This document shows, in pieces, positions 35,326 to 47,112 of a stretch of 64,000 nt of DNA (the stretch's first letter is position 1; every line of letters starts with the position of its first letter). Under the pieces are notes generated by a model. The model saw only the letters and a list, made by a program, of their open reading frames with translations. It searched no databases and had not been told where the DNA came from. The DNA lies in assembly GCA_937625935.1 (NCBI GenBank), contig OW569391.1, positions 186,001 to 250,000 on the forward strand. Direction: 5' to 3'. This DNA comes from Tetramitus jugosus. Its lineage: Eukaryota > Protista > Heterolobosea. Position numbers and translations under genes: made by a program.

Positions 35326-37761
35326 TTAGAATCCACCGAGGAGGGTTGGTGGAGCTGCAATGTTTCTTCCGGAAAGGAAGCTCGTTGTGTTGGTTGTCAC
35401 AGACAGTTCTTCGTCATCGTTCGAGAATGAATTCTTGTGTTGGACTGGATGAGAGAAGATTGTACTGTCCTTGAGGAAACTTTCCTCTTGTTCAACACAC
35501 TTTTCCAACACTGACTTTAACACTTGTTCATCTTCCAACAACTTTTCCTTCACAGCGTTGACTTCAAAGATTTCAGCCAAGGCACTGTCGCTGAGGCATG
35601 TGATTGTGGATTGAATAGTGTTCCACAAGCTAGATTGCATTGGCAATAGGAAAAAGTTGTAAAACTTGAGCATGACGTTCTTTGAGATTCTAGACTTCAA
35701 GTCATCGAAAATCTTGCTGCTCAGCTTGACAACACACTCCTTGATTTGTTTCGTATCGGACAAATCATTAGGCAAATGCTTGTTCAAGTCTTGCATCTCT
35801 CCCAAGTCCCAATAGATGGCAGCAGTGCAATAGAACTCGTCCATGCACTTGTCACGCACCAATTCAGCAGTTTGATCCACAAATTCATTGTACAAGTCTC
35901 TCACATGGAATGTAAAGTAAGGGAATCTTTCAAAGTCATCATCACTGGCCTCTAACAAGTCAGTTGACAAGTTTGCAATGCCAGAGCCCACCTGTTGCTG
36001 TGCACTGTTCTTTCTTCTTGTTTCCATAATCTTTCCTACGACATTGCTCAATCTCTTCATGATATAAACAGCTCTCTTGCACAATTGGTCAATCAATGTG
36101 CCCAGAATGTCCCTTGCCTTTTGTTGAGCAATATCACAACTTGCATAGGCAAAGTTTGGAATATTGTTCAATCTGTTGAGACCAGCCGCCGTTGCGATAT
36201 CATCCATTGTAACTTCACTAATCACAATATGATCGACAACTGACTTGAATTCGGCCATCAATCTCTCAAACTGTTGACCACCGTAGAGACGAGAGTCAAA
36301 GTATGGAATTTTCCACGTTTGAGCTTCAACCTTGATTTCCTGATAGTTGGAATCAAACCATTCACCTTGACCATAATTCTTCTCTTCCAACAGTGTTTGA
36401 CCGTTGACTGATGGATTACCTTCCGAAGTACCAGCAATCAACTTTTCAATAATTTGCAAAAAGTGAACGACATAGTTGGTGGCTGTCGTTCTCAGTTTGC
36501 CACTATCGAGAGATTGCAACAAGTGACGCAATTTTTCAAGCTTTACACCAGTGTCTCTCTTGAGAGCTCTCAAACGCTTGAGAACTTGAGGAATATGGTT
36601 TTGATAGCTCTTCCAAGCAATTTGTTGAATGACTCTTCTTAGATTATGGATACCAATGCTCTCTGAGAATCTCTTATCGAACTGAAGGTTGTCCAACAGT
36701 TGACGATCTCTTTGATAGGATTGGAAGACACGTTCACGATAGAGCTTGACACTGGTGGAGGACTTTTGGTCGTCGTCATTCTCTTGCTTGCAGTTTGATC
36801 TTACACGATCACCAAAGGCACTGACGAAAAAGGTTTGAGCGTCTCTTGGTTTGCCTGCGAGGAAACGGTTGACTTTGGCCGTGTTGCTGAGCGATGATTT
36901 TAGCAAAAGATGGAATTTGCTGTAGACGAGTGTGGTACGTGTCATGCTTGGATCGACTCTCTTGACAAAGTTGAACATTTGTAGCTGAGCCCATTCATTG
37001 GCTGGTTCAACGCATACAATGTGTCTATGGGTTGGTCTCACGAGACTGAGCACGAGTTCCTCCATTTTCTCGACCTTTTCATCTCCGACAGGGGAGGAGG
37101 CGGTGGAGCTTGGAGAGCTAGGGAGGGAGCTCAAAGGATGAGTCAATCCAGGTGTATCAATAAACGTAATGTTCATGAAGCTTTCATGTTCAACTTGCAT
37201 AAAAATGGGAACAGGAGAAAATTTTGACAAACGCAGAGAAAGCTCCTCTTCCAATTCAGCTTCATTGTCAGCAACCCAATCAGAGTCCAAATGAGGCGTC
37301 TCCAACCCTTCCAACTGCGACAAATCTCTTCTCAAGGTAACTCTTGGCTTCTCCTTGACATCTCTATTATTGACCAGAGAAATGTGAACAGCTCTCTTCG
37401 TAGTTACGTTGCTACTGCTTTGACTATTGATGCTATTGATGCTATTGCTACTGTTGTTGCCATTGTTGCTATTCTCATTGTAGCTCACATGGTTCATTGA
37501 ATAGCCTACAATTGACTCTAGCAGAGTTGATTTACCTGAAGCTTGAGTACCAATAAAGACAAACTCGGGAACAGGGATTTGAACGTTGAGGTCTCTAGCA
37601 AAGTGAAGAATACTGCCAAATGATTGAAACACGTTGGAGGGGAAAGCTGGAGCAAAGTATTGAGAAGCTCCAGTGGTGGGTATGCCTTCCAACTCTTTGA
37701 TTTCATTCTCGTATGAAAGGCTATTGTTGCTGCTACTGTTGTTGTTGTTGTTGCTCATCAT
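35326..37761 (-). CDS. Dynamin-related protein of the DRP5A/Dictyostelium Dlp type
   Basis: GTQASGKS, TKR, FIDTPG and the clade-typical RLYGGQQFERLMAEF. Confidence 0.88.
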   Translation of the reverse strand: MMSNNNNNSSSNNSLSYENEIKELEGIPTTGASQYFAPAFPSNVFQSFGSILHFARDLNVQIPVPEFVFIGTQASGKSTLLESIVGYSMNHVSYNENSNNGNNSSNSINSINSQSSSNVTTKRAVHISLVNNRDVKEKPRVTLRRDLSQLEGLETPHLDSDWVADNEAELEEELSLRLSKFSPVPIFMQVEHESFMNITFIDTPGLTHPLSSLPSSPSSTASSPVGDEKVEKMEELVLSLVRPTHRHIVCVEPANEWAQLQMFNFVKRVDPSMTRTTLVYSKFHLLLKSSLSNTAKVNRFLAGKPRDAQTFFVSAFGDRVRSNCKQENDDDQKSSTSVKLYRERVFQSYQRDRQLLDNLQFDKRFSESIGIHNLRRVIQQIAWKSYQNHIPQVLKRLRALKRDTGVKLEKLRHLLQSLDSGKLRTTATNYVVHFLQIIEKLIAGTSEGNPSVNGQTLLEEKNYGQGEWFDSNYQEIKVEAQTWKIPYFDSRLYGGQQFERLMAEFKSVVDHIVISEVTMDDIATAAGLNRLNNIPNFAYASCDIAQQKARDILGTLIDQLCKRAVYIMKRLSNVVGKIMETRRKNSAQQQVGSGIANLSTDLLEASDDDFERFPYFTFHVRDLYNEFVDQTAELVRDKCMDEFYCTAAIYWDLGEMQDLNKHLPNDLSDTKQIKECVVKLSSKIFDDLKSRISKNVMLKFYNFFLLPMQSSLWNTIQSTITCLSDSALAEIFEVNAVKEKLLEDEQVLKSVLEKCVEQEESFLKDSTIFSHPVQHKNSFSNDDEELSVTTNTTSFLSGRNIAAPPTLLGGF

Positions 37762-38025
37762 TAGCTTTGGATATGGAGGTGAGTGCGAGAGGAAGTGTGT
37801 TTTTTTTGGAGGTGCAATAAGTGCTATTCTTCTGCTTCTTAAAGTAAATGAGTGTGTGCTTTGGGTGGTGTGGAGACGAGGTTGCAAAAGTGGTGACGAA
37901 TATCAATAAATTTTGAGACGAGCAATCATTTTGATAAAAGCAATGACATGTTCGTTTGACGCTTGACATTTGGGCCCTTTATTTTTGTAAGATGGTGTTG
38001 TGACAATACCTCGAAAATACACTCA

Positions 38026-38810
38026 TTAGACCCAGTTCAGCCAGTCCATCAACTCTGAGAATTCAACGGTGCCTCCTTGATCCTTATCTAGGAAGCGGAC
38101 CGCCGCCTCCACTTCTGAAGCAGGTGCATCTTTTTTCTGGTATCAATAACGGGATGTGAGCAAATGGATCTCAATTTACGACTACCAGACTTGGATTGGT
38201 TCATAATCAAACAAACAAAAATAACAACTGGATGTCATCCAGCACATACTAAACATACCTGCATCAACTTTTCATAGATGTTTTTAAATTCAGAAATACT
38301 CAACTTGTTATCCGAGGAGCAATCACAACTCCAGAACAGATTCGCTGCATACTCAATCAGTTCTAACTTTTGCTCAAAGCGTGAAAAGGAGTCTGTGTGA
38401 GCCAATCGACTCCACTAATATGGACAAGCGTGCATTCACATAATAATTAGCATATTGTTCGTTCAATAAACAAAAATCTTAACATCACCCTATGATCGCT
38501 TAAACTTAAATGACAACGTACCCACTTGAAAAACTCTTCAAAGCTAATACATCCAGAATTGTCTCGATCAATCAACATTTTCAAAGCTTTCAAAGAAGTT
38601 TCGCTTGACAGTGAAACTCCCAAATCTTCCAACAATTGACCCAACTCGCCACTGTCCATGGAATCGTTATTATTTACATCGTACTTGGAGAAGAGAGATT
38701 TGAGCTAACATGAAAAAGCAGTGTGTGAGTATAAACATGATAAGTTTCTTTCGGTAGTAGAATCGTTGACGTACAACTACTTTATCTTGTGCGTAGACAA
38801 TGGATGACAT
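38026..38810 (-). CDS. EF-hand Ca-binding protein; 4 exons (38775-38810, 38522-38704, 38259-38414, 38026-38136)
   Basis: Loops DVNNNDSMDSGE, DRDNSGCISFEE, DCSSDNKLSISE and DKDQGGTVEFSE; three phase-0 GT-AG introns. Confidence 0.88.
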
Positions 38811-39120
38811 CTTTCTGGTTTTTTGGTGGTGCTGTTTCAGTTTGATTTCCGAAAGCTGAGATCTCACCTGTTATTGTTCAGATGAGCACTGACACCTTTT
38901 TGTCCTATTCACCGCCTGTCGGAGAGATAAATTTCTGGCGCCAGAAAAACGTTCGTTATGTAACTGAATTATCCCTTTGTCTCTATGGCAATTCGGCTTC
39001 TGGGGAATGCTCTCTCTGACCCTCAACTGTCGACAGTAAAGTTGTTTAACACTGCCCCGATTTCTCTCTCGCTCACACAAACAACAAAACAAAGTAAAGG
39101 ACCACAACAACCAACCGGAC

Positions 39121-40800
39121 ATGCAAACCAACACTTCATTCAGTGGTTCCAACTATCACTTCTTTCCACAGAACAACAATAACAATTACCAGTCTGGTGG
39201 TACCACAACAGGCAGAGCAATCCATTCAGAAGAATCAGAAGATGAGATGCTCTTTAGTGGTACAACAAACATTAACTCCTTCTTGAATCATTCTGTGGCT
39301 CAAAACCACCAAAACCAACAACAACAGCAGCTCTATAGTCGTCGCTCTAGTGGAGACAATAACAACATGACAAGTACCACGTCGAATTTTACGACTAGAA
39401 ACGTGTTTCACTCTGGTGCAACCACTACAAGCCACAATACGACGAATACAAGCACAACGATCGAAGACAGCTTTTCAGGTAGTCAAGGAATCTATGGTAA
39501 CATGTATGAACAACCGTTTGCTTCAATGAACACGTTTGAGCCATGTCTACAGAATTTGAATCAGAGGTTATCAGTCAATGGTTATCCCTATCCCATTGAA
39601 TTCAAGAAGGAGTATGTGGATGAGAAGGATGTCAAGATTTTAAACGTTGTTCATTTGTTGTTGAAACAGCATCAGATGAATGTGGAGTTTAGAAGTGAAT
39701 TGAATGATAAAATGAGTCGATTAAGGTGCGACAATGACAGTATGCACTTGAATCTGTCAAGATTGAAACAAAAGTATGATCAAGTCGAAAGAGAATTGAA
39801 CATGATGAGATCAAAGGAAAGATCGATTGCAAGTCAACACTTGAAGGAATTGAAAAAATTGGAGATTGACAAGGAAGCCCTTCAAAGAGATGTAAAAAAT
39901 ATGATACAGAAGCAGGATCAATATGAACACAAGTATCAAAGAAAGGAACGAGAGTACAATCAACTCAAGGAAAGAATGCAGACTATGATTAATCAAAGAT
40001 CGACTCCTGTGAACTCTAGGTCCCTTCCTGCTCAGAAAATTGAAATTGTGAATCTACTGCCGAATCACAATAGTCATGGTTCGTGGAAGAATGGATCAGC
40101 AAGAAATGAAGATAACCTGTATCAAAATATCGTTGGTGCATTCACAGATGAAAAGAATGAATTAGTGAGTGAAAATCAACTGTTGAGAGAGTCTCTAAAG
40201 TCTCTCAATGCCGAACTCAATCAATTGAAACAAGTGGTGTACAGTGCAAAGGGCTTCTCAGCTGATGAGGATGCTTCTTTGACTGACTTGATTGATGGAC
40301 AATTTGAGCTACCGTATCAGATGACCTGCGATGATATCGAAGGTGAGATGAAGCACAAGATTGACCAAGTGTATCAAATGATTCAAGCCCCAGTGCCAAA
40401 CAAGGGAGGAAGTGGTCAAGATATTGAGTCTCTTGCTCATTTATTAAGTTCTAACCTGCCTGGTAATGCTGCTGTGGAAGCCATTAATCTGTTGTCCAAT
40501 ATTCAACAAAGACAATCAGAGTTTAAGAAGGTGATGGAGGAACAAAATGCTCTGTTACAACTCAACCTGGCTCAAAACGAACGAAAGGAAATGGACATTA
40601 TATCAATTGCCCAACCAAGTGGCAAGGAAAATGAAGCACCAATCAATCACAAGAACAATACCAATTCTTGGGGCAGTGTTGACAAGCAAATGCAGCAGGA
40701 TAAGCGGCAAATGCAACTTCTGTCTAGACAGATAACGAAACAGCAGCCTAAGAATCTTCATGACCATTTCTCAAATGACGGAATCATGTTTGACGAATAG
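39121..40800 (+). CDS. SSX2IP/ADIP/Msd1-like centrosomal coiled-coil protein
   Basis: CLQNLNQRLSVNGYP...ILNVVHLLL followed by a long coiled coil with RKEREYNQLKERM, ENQLLRESL and FELPY. Confidence 0.78.
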   Translation: MQTNTSFSGSNYHFFPQNNNNNYQSGGTTTGRAIHSEESEDEMLFSGTTNINSFLNHSVAQNHQNQQQQQLYSRRSSGDNNNMTSTTSNFTTRNVFHSGATTTSHNTTNTSTTIEDSFSGSQGIYGNMYEQPFASMNTFEPCLQNLNQRLSVNGYPYPIEFKKEYVDEKDVKILNVVHLLLKQHQMNVEFRSELNDKMSRLRCDNDSMHLNLSRLKQKYDQVERELNMMRSKERSIASQHLKELKKLEIDKEALQRDVKNMIQKQDQYEHKYQRKEREYNQLKERMQTMINQRSTPVNSRSLPAQKIEIVNLLPNHNSHGSWKNGSARNEDNLYQNIVGAFTDEKNELVSENQLLRESLKSLNAELNQLKQVVYSAKGFSADEDASLTDLIDGQFELPYQMTCDDIEGEMKHKIDQVYQMIQAPVPNKGGSGQDIESLAHLLSSNLPGNAAVEAINLLSNIQQRQSEFKKVMEEQNALLQLNLAQNERKEMDIISIAQPSGKENEAPINHKNNTNSWGSVDKQMQQDKRQMQLLSRQITKQQPKNLHDHFSNDGIMFDE

Positions 40801-41093
40801 AGTTCAAATGTCACAACAGACAGCAACCTAAGCAGTGAAGTTGATCGAGCACCTCACACTATCCACCCTTGTAAATATTGCATGAAGGGAGTGGAATCTT
40901 GGCGATCCCACTATTGTCTCTCATTCAATAAACAAGAGAAATTTATCATCCACAGTTGTTATCCAAATTGTATTCACACAACGAACATTTTTCACCCGAC
41001 AAAAAAGCAAATTGTGAATGGAACTTTCGGCGTCCAATTCAACCAAGAAAAAAACAACAAGAACAACAAACAACGATAGTAAAAAAAACAACA

Positions 41094-41695
41094 ATGGATC
41101 AGTCAGCTGCCGTAGCAACCACCACCACAACAACAAACAAGAATAATCAATTCCTAAACAAATGTTTTGACCGTATCTATGGTCTACTAGCAATCATTGT
41201 TGCAGACGAAGAAGGAACGATACTTTTGAAGGGACTTTCACCACATTTCTCCGCATTGAACAAAGTGCCTCAGGTGACTGATTTTGATAATGCATTTCCC
41301 GCCACTTTTTTACTTGCTTCTGAACAGGTATGTGATCGATCATTGACAAAAAACGACATGTGAATTTTTTTTGTTCTAACGTGTACGAAACAACTTGTTT
41401 TGCTTATTAGGCGAATAAATTACCCTATGGTCACACGGATTACATGATTAGCTTTTATGAAAACTATCTTGTCGTTCAATTGGATACTCATGAATCGAAA
41501 TCAAGCAATAACAACAATAACAGTGGTAATAACAATAATACGAATCATCAGGATGATGAAGAAGATGATGATGGAGAGAAGGGAGACGAACAACAGGGAA
41601 CATTGACGATTACATTGATTGCAAATCAAGAAACAAGTGTACAGCTATTGTTGAGTGTGGTGCCCACTCTGAAGCAAATCTTTCATAATTTATAA
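41094..41695 (+). CDS. LAMTOR3: Ragulator subunit LAMTOR3/MP1; 2 exons (intron 41328-41410)
   Basis: GLLAIIVADEEG, ATFLLASEQ|ANKLPYG and ISFYENYLVVQ. Confidence 0.88.
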
Positions 41696-41753
41696 AGTAA
41701 CATCGACAACATACATGTTGAATGAGAATAGCTATTGTTGTTTTTGAGTGAGC

Positions 41754-42353
41754 TTACAATTGTGTGTTGTTGCTACTCGTACTATCCTTGGTTTCATTGT
41801 TATCCTCCATGTTCAATGAACTTGTCTTTTCCGTTGTGTTGTTCATGATACTCTTTTTGCTTGGAGCGTGTTTGGTCACGACTCTGGAACGAAGATCGTT
41901 GCTGCTGTAGCTGCTGCCGCTCATGTTGCTCGTAGATTGTTCGAGCGCCATTTTTTGCCGCTCCATTTGTTCCGCTCTTAATTTCTCCAGCATTTCTTCG
42001 TCTTGCTGAATCTCTTGTTTGATAGTGGTCTCGTATTCGTTCAACTGCTTATTCATTTGTTGAACGTTCTCGGCTGTTGCATGATACATTTGTTCGTTCA
42101 TTTGAGTGACACTGGTCGTTAGGATCTCACTCATGGCTCTCAGTTTCTCATCCACCAGTTTTCTCTCTTCTCTCTGCTTCTTGAGCATGACCAACGCAGT
42201 GGCTGCCACCATTTTCTGATAATTTTGTTCAAAGCCCTTGTTGAGACGCTTGGCTTCAAAATAGTCTTTGACTGAATTGACAAACTCGACACAGTTGGCC
42301 CATATGGTTCGCTTCTTTGGTGCAGGTGTAATAGGAACAGGTCTGAATCTCAT
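41754..42353 (-). CDS. Hypothetical coiled-coil protein
   Basis: 199-aa ORF with a helical E/Q-rich core and a gene-like leader. Confidence 0.7.
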   Translation of the reverse strand: MRFRPVPITPAPKKRTIWANCVEFVNSVKDYFEAKRLNKGFEQNYQKMVAATALVMLKKQREERKLVDEKLRAMSEILTTSVTQMNEQMYHATAENVQQMNKQLNEYETTIKQEIQQDEEMLEKLRAEQMERQKMALEQSTSNMSGSSYSSNDLRSRVVTKHAPSKKSIMNNTTEKTSSLNMEDNNETKDSTSSNNTQL

Positions 42354-42535
42354 TGTGATGATAAAGATAATGATACTGTGAGTGATGTTGATGTGACGAA
42401 AAAATTATTTGATTTTTCTTTTGTGTGAACAACGACGCAATTTTTTCATTTTTGTGATCACGACAAGAAGCACCACTTCAAGATAAAAGAATGATGTGAG
42501 GAATTGAAATTTATAGGCAAGTGAATACACTTAGT

Positions 42536-43099
42536 TTACTCGTCATCTTGATTGGAGGATGACTTACGGTTCTTCTTCTTCAAAACTCTGCCGAACTTAG
42601 CCTTGTTGACCATGGTGGAGTTTGGAGCGAAAGAAATGTGCTTCTCAGCATCAACTCTAACGATGAAGGATGGCTTGTTGACGATTTGCTTTCCGACTCT
42701 GATGTGCTTTTGTTGGATGAGGACACGAGCATGGTGAACAGATGTAGCCAATCTGAGCTTGAAGATGATGGTTTGGAGTCTTCTCTCAAGGAAATCCTCA
42801 ACCTTCAACTGCAAGACGTAATCGAGCTTTTGTCTAGATTCGTCCAAAAGACCAAGTCTAGTCAATCTTCTCAACAAAGCAGAACCTTCGATTTGTCTCT
42901 TTTGGTCGTCTTCTGGCAAGGTCAAGAGAATTCTGGCAGTCTTTCTCATTCTAGCCAAAATGTATTGAAGTCTCCAGACTTCATTCTTGTTCTTCAAACC
43001 ATATTGACCGCAGATTTTCAATTCTCTGTCGATTCTTTCCTTTTCGTAGGCACGTCTTGGGACGCTGGATACCTTGCTATAGTTTCTGTAGTTTCTCAT
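42536..43099 (-). CDS. RPS9: 40S ribosomal protein S9 (uS4)
   Basis: [25 protein letters not shown] and SVHHARVLI; strong codon bias. Confidence 0.97.
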   Translation of the reverse strand: MRNYRNYSKVSSVPRRAYEKERIDRELKICGQYGLKNKNEVWRLQYILARMRKTARILLTLPEDDQKRQIEGSALLRRLTRLGLLDESRQKLDYVLQLKVEDFLERRLQTIIFKLRLATSVHHARVLIQQKHIRVGKQIVNKPSFIVRVDAEKHISFAPNSTMVNKAKFGRVLKKKNRKSSSNQDDE

Positions 43100-43204
43100 G
43101 TTTCCTCACTACTGTGTGTTTATTATGACGTGAATGTGTTGTTTTGTTTTGAAATTTTTGTTTTTTTCGAAGTTTACTTTCCTTGTTGGTTGGTCAACCG
43201 ACGT

Positions 43205-43218
43205 TCATTGAACCTTCA
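43205..43218 (-). promoter_or_regulatory. Candidate ribosomal-protein promoter motif TGAAGGTTCAATGA (RPS9)
   Basis: Identical to the motif upstream of RPS7. Confidence 0.7.
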
Positions 43219-43556
43219 ATGTTGAGCGACATTTCGATCATGGAGCTACGACCATAGGAACAGTACTGAAATGCTGCCATAGCATGCAATGAATCTCAGT
43301 ATAGATGTACCATCGTCATGTATGTTTGTTGTCAATGAGGTGTTGGTCTTTGCTGGACCGATGACAGTCTCAGTAATTTTGTGATCACGCTTCTGCTGGC
43401 GCATCGACCCAAAATCTCTTGTCTCCATGATGCTCATCACCATACGATTCAGCAAGTATTGTTGGTCTGTTAGAAGACAAATCGAAAGCTAACATCAAGT
43501 GAAGTCAAGTTCATCTTCCTGATTGCATTTATTTCTCATCTCATTCCACCACAAAA

Positions 43557-45857
43557 ATGTCATCAACAACTCCTGCTGCCACCATCAAAAACAACCTTCC
43601 TCCTTCCGACAACAACGCTGAGCCAACCACAACCAAACCAAGTGAAGATCAACCACCTTCAGACACCAACAACAATAATAAGCTCAACAAGAAGCAACAG
43701 AAGCAACCAAAGCAAAAACGAAATCAACCAAACAACAATAATGACTCCAATCACAACAAGAAGAACAAGATTCCCACCACAAAAAGCAAAGTGACTGTGA
43801 ACCTTCCCAAAAAAGGCCTCAAGTTCAATGAATCATTCCAAAATGCCAATCAGTGCGATCCAGATGAAAATGAAACTGATTTCAGTGTGTTGACTCCTCA
43901 AGAGTTCATTCTCATGTCTCCACAACAGCGTCAAGAGCTACTTGATCAAAGGAAAGAAACTTATTACAATGCCATTCGTCAGCTAAAGATGAGAAAGGTC
44001 AAGGAAATGTCTGTTGGTGAATATGTGCCTGAAAAACACATGGTTCTCGTTGTGTTATCTCGTGGAAAGATTATTCAGACAATGGGTCATCGAATTTTGA
44101 AGAATGTGGAGTTGCATGACAATTATTCAAAGTATCCACTGTATTTCGAGTTGGCTGATTTGAATAGAGAGAAATTTGCGCAGATGATTGCAAATCATTA
44201 TTATTCGAATCGAGGAATTTTGTTGTATCCAGAAGAGGCACTTTATCTAGCGGATTGTAATTCATTTGCACTGTTTACGACTACGACTGCAATGCATGAT
44301 CAAAGCAGAGATACATGTCAACAGTTGATTGATTTTGTTGTTGAGAAACCAAAACCCTATATTCCAGAAGAGAAGGCTGACAAGAAGACGATGGAAAAGA
44401 AGAGGGGCAAGACGAGCAATAGTTCTGAACAGAAAGTAGGCGCATCAAAAAGTAAGACGAATACAGAGATGGAGCGAGAAACAATGATTGACGAACATGT
44501 GAGTGTTGTTGATGGTACTAATGTTGATGGAGAGCAATCAATGATGAGGAATAGCAATGGCGAGAGTGATGGAAATGATGAGAGTAATGAAGGAGAGAAT
44601 AAGGAACAAACAAAAGAGAGTGCACCGAAATCGCAACCTCCACCAGAACCTGTTTACGAAGACATTAAAATGAGAAAGGGATACTTATCACCATCATTAC
44701 AGAGTACATACATGTTGCTGACTCATAGTGATAATCGACTACTGAACACGTTTATTGTCTATTCGTATTTGAAGAGATTGGGATTTGTGGTGAGGAGGAT
44801 CGAAGCACGTGATTCTGAACCTCCCAGGCCAAAAAATGAAGAAAACCCAACAACGAGCACAGAAGAGGAGAAAGCAACGAACAAAGCAGATTCTACTATT
44901 GCCCCTTCTGCGAATCAAAAAGGACCAAAGAAAGACAGAGCAAAGCCCAAGGGTAAGGGTGGTGGTAGAGCGCGACGAGGAGAAGGGTTTGATGCAGTGG
45001 CTCATCATTGTATGTTAATTGAGGAAGTACGGAAACAGAATCCATCAGCATCGAGTCGCGGTTGGTGGGCAATTCCAAAAGCTACGAGTTCTATGGATCT
45101 AAGCGAAGATCACAGCAATGTTACTCACCCTGAAAGTAGTGACTCAAATAATGTGATGAATGATGATACAGTTGAGATGAAGAGTGCTACAATTGAAGTG
45201 AATGAACATGTATCGAGCAAGATGGACATTGATAATAATCATAATAGTGATGGGAATAACGAGGCGAGTACGAACGAAGGAAATGAAGAGAATAACAACG
45301 ATACTAATGTTGGTGAAGTTCAAAGTGAGCAATTTGTTCCAGTAGAGTACGAGGAGTTGTTTGATGAAGAAACGTGGGATATACTTCGATCTGCTATGGA
45401 TAGTGATTATGACGAAGTTTTGACGTCGAGTAATGATTTTGTTTTGGGAAGCCAAAGTTGCTTTTCTTCCAAGGGGGAAGTGGATCGGCCATTAATCGAA
45501 AAGCTTCAACTCAAGGACGGTCAACGCATCAAAATGGAAAGATTGTACCGTACATTGGACATTATCCAAAAAACAAAACTGGGCTCAGATCAACACAAGA
45601 TCAAGGCATTACCCAAGGATGATCATCAGAAGTTTATTGTTTTTGATGTGTGGAGATCTAGCACTTATCGAAGCAGGCCAGACACACCAGACTTTAACAT
45701 CATTATTCAGCGATTCTCTAGTACTTGCGTGCAATTGGCTGAATTATTTGAATTGTACGAGCAATTCAAACCTGTGCCACTGTATCACGCCATTGTAGGC
45801 GATGGAGGTACAGTGACTTTTATGAAAATCGAGCCCATAGACCTAGATTTTCTCTAA
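43557..45857 (+). CDS. TSEN54: tRNA-splicing endonuclease subunit Sen54
   Basis: RGKIIQTMG, LYPEEALYL, VYSYLKRLGFVVRR, IVFDVW..PDF and AIVGDGGTVTF. Confidence 0.85.
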   Translation: MSSTTPAATIKNNLPPSDNNAEPTTTKPSEDQPPSDTNNNNKLNKKQQKQPKQKRNQPNNNNDSNHNKKNKIPTTKSKVTVNLPKKGLKFNESFQNANQCDPDENETDFSVLTPQEFILMSPQQRQELLDQRKETYYNAIRQLKMRKVKEMSVGEYVPEKHMVLVVLSRGKIIQTMGHRILKNVELHDNYSKYPLYFELADLNREKFAQMIANHYYSNRGILLYPEEALYLADCNSFALFTTTTAMHDQSRDTCQQLIDFVVEKPKPYIPEEKADKKTMEKKRGKTSNSSEQKVGASKSKTNTEMERETMIDEHVSVVDGTNVDGEQSMMRNSNGESDGNDESNEGENKEQTKESAPKSQPPPEPVYEDIKMRKGYLSPSLQSTYMLLTHSDNRLLNTFIVYSYLKRLGFVVRRIEARDSEPPRPKNEENPTTSTEEEKATNKADSTIAPSANQKGPKKDRAKPKGKGGGRARRGEGFDAVAHHCMLIEEVRKQNPSASSRGWWAIPKATSSMDLSEDHSNVTHPESSDSNNVMNDDTVEMKSATIEVNEHVSSKMDIDNNHNSDGNNEASTNEGNEENNNDTNVGEVQSEQFVPVEYEELFDEETWDILRSAMDSDYDEVLTSSNDFVLGSQSCFSSKGEVDRPLIEKLQLKDGQRIKMERLYRTLDIIQKTKLGSDQHKIKALPKDDHQKFIVFDVWRSSTYRSRPDTPDFNIIIQRFSSTCVQLAELFELYEQFKPVPLYHAIVGDGGTVTFMKIEPIDLDFL

Positions 45858-45981
45858 AGTACGTAGCTCTTAATAAAGCGCCACGTGCACAGGCAACTGA
45901 TGACTGTCTCATGAATCAACTTACCGGGTTTCTCGCCTATCGTTTACTATTCCTATTGATGAGTCTCATCGCGTCATCCAC

Positions 45982-47112
45982 TCAACGATCATCATCAAAA
46001 CTTAAGACACTCACTGTAAACGCTGGCCTTCTCGTTCGATTGTCATAGTAGATGGTATGATTTGATCGAGCAAACACTCGCTCACGACTCACCTTTTTCA
46101 AACAGGAGAAATTGCAATTGAAATTTGTTTTTTGAGCTTTGATACTATCTAACATGCAACTCAACAAGCGAATCACATCCGATGCATCCACCACGTCCTT
46201 CAATGACTGAACTGAATGCAGCAGGTCATCATCACAATAACCCAACACCTGCTTGAAGTACGTATTCCACCCTGAAATTTTCCCGCCTTCGACTGTAATT
46301 AATATTCCGAGTTGACTTTGGCGCTGCTGTGGAGAAAGGATAGCAGACGACAATAAATCGACATTGTAGCTCGATATGATATCAAAGTTGTTCTTTAGCG
46401 TCCCATTATGTTGTTTTAGCTCTCGCAGTGCAATTGCATCTGGATCCAATTTCTCCATGGTTATTGAGTCAGTATTGGTTGTTGTAGTTTTGGTTGTTGT
46501 TGTTGTCATTACTGTTGTGGTTGTAGTCGTTGTGGTGTTATGATTGCCTCTATGAAAAGTTTGCTGCTGATGTTGTGGAGGTAGAGTTTGGTTGGTGGTG
46601 GTGAGAAACTGTTGTTGATAAGTTGTTGTTGGAATGACCATTGGTTGTTGTTGTCGGAAGGTCACATGAGAAGCACTTGGTACTTGTGGCTGTTGAAGAG
46701 CTCTCATTTTTGATGCCGACGTAGAAGCGATTGCCATTGTTGGAGGAGGAGTCATTTGCGGGTGCACGTGGTGAGGAATTTCCGTTCGCGGTATGGCAAG
46801 CAACGGTATGGTTGTTGTGCTGGTTGTTGTGGTGGTAGTAGTGGTAGATTGAGATTCCGGGTAGTGCTTGTCTGTTGCGATATCAGACACTGTGAACGAG
46901 TAAGTCTCAAAGGGAGATTTCCTCTTTTTTCCTCTCTTCTTGCCAGAGGCATCGACACAAGTGGACTCGATACCCAATTCGACGCATCTGGGACATGGTC
47001 GAGCCTCCCCACAACAAGAATGAGACTCACGGCAGTTGGAACAAGCTCGCTTGACTTGTTTTCTTCTTGTTGGTGGTTGAACTTGTTGAGCCTGTGGAGA
47101 AGGCAGCGGCAT
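45982..47112 (-). CDS. Zn(2)-Cys(6) transcription factor with a C-terminal PAS-like domain (Rds2/Ert1/AcuK-like architecture)
   Basis: VKRACSNCRESHSCCGEARPCPRCVELGIESTC and PAS-like GKISGWNTYFKQVLGY; likely start at MPLPSPQ. Confidence 0.85.
   Translation of the reverse strand: MPLPSPQAQQVQPPTRRKQVKRACSNCRESHSCCGEARPCPRCVELGIESTCVDASGKKRGKKRKSPFETYSFTVSDIATDKHYPESQSTTTTTTTTSTTTIPLLAIPRTEIPHHVHPQMTPPPTMAIASTSASKMRALQQPQVPSASHVTFRQQQPMVIPTTTYQQQFLTTTNQTLPPQHQQQTFHRGNHNTTTTTTTTVMTTTTTKTTTTNTDSITMEKLDPDAIALRELKQHNGTLKNNFDIISSYNVDLLSSAILSPQQRQSQLGILITVEGGKISGWNTYFKQVLGYCDDDLLHSVQSLKDVVDASDVIRLLSCMLDSIKAQKTNFNCNFSCLKKVSRERVFARSNHTIYYDNRTRRPAFTVSVLSFDDDR

Noticed and set aside
41693-41725. Stop-codon reassignment or readthrough (LAMTOR3 frame continues SNIDNIHVE after TAA; in-frame stops in accessory ORFs)
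   Set aside because: TAA, TAG and TGA all end intact genes here, conserved genes have no internal stops, and the in-frame stops occur together with frameshifts in decayed loci.
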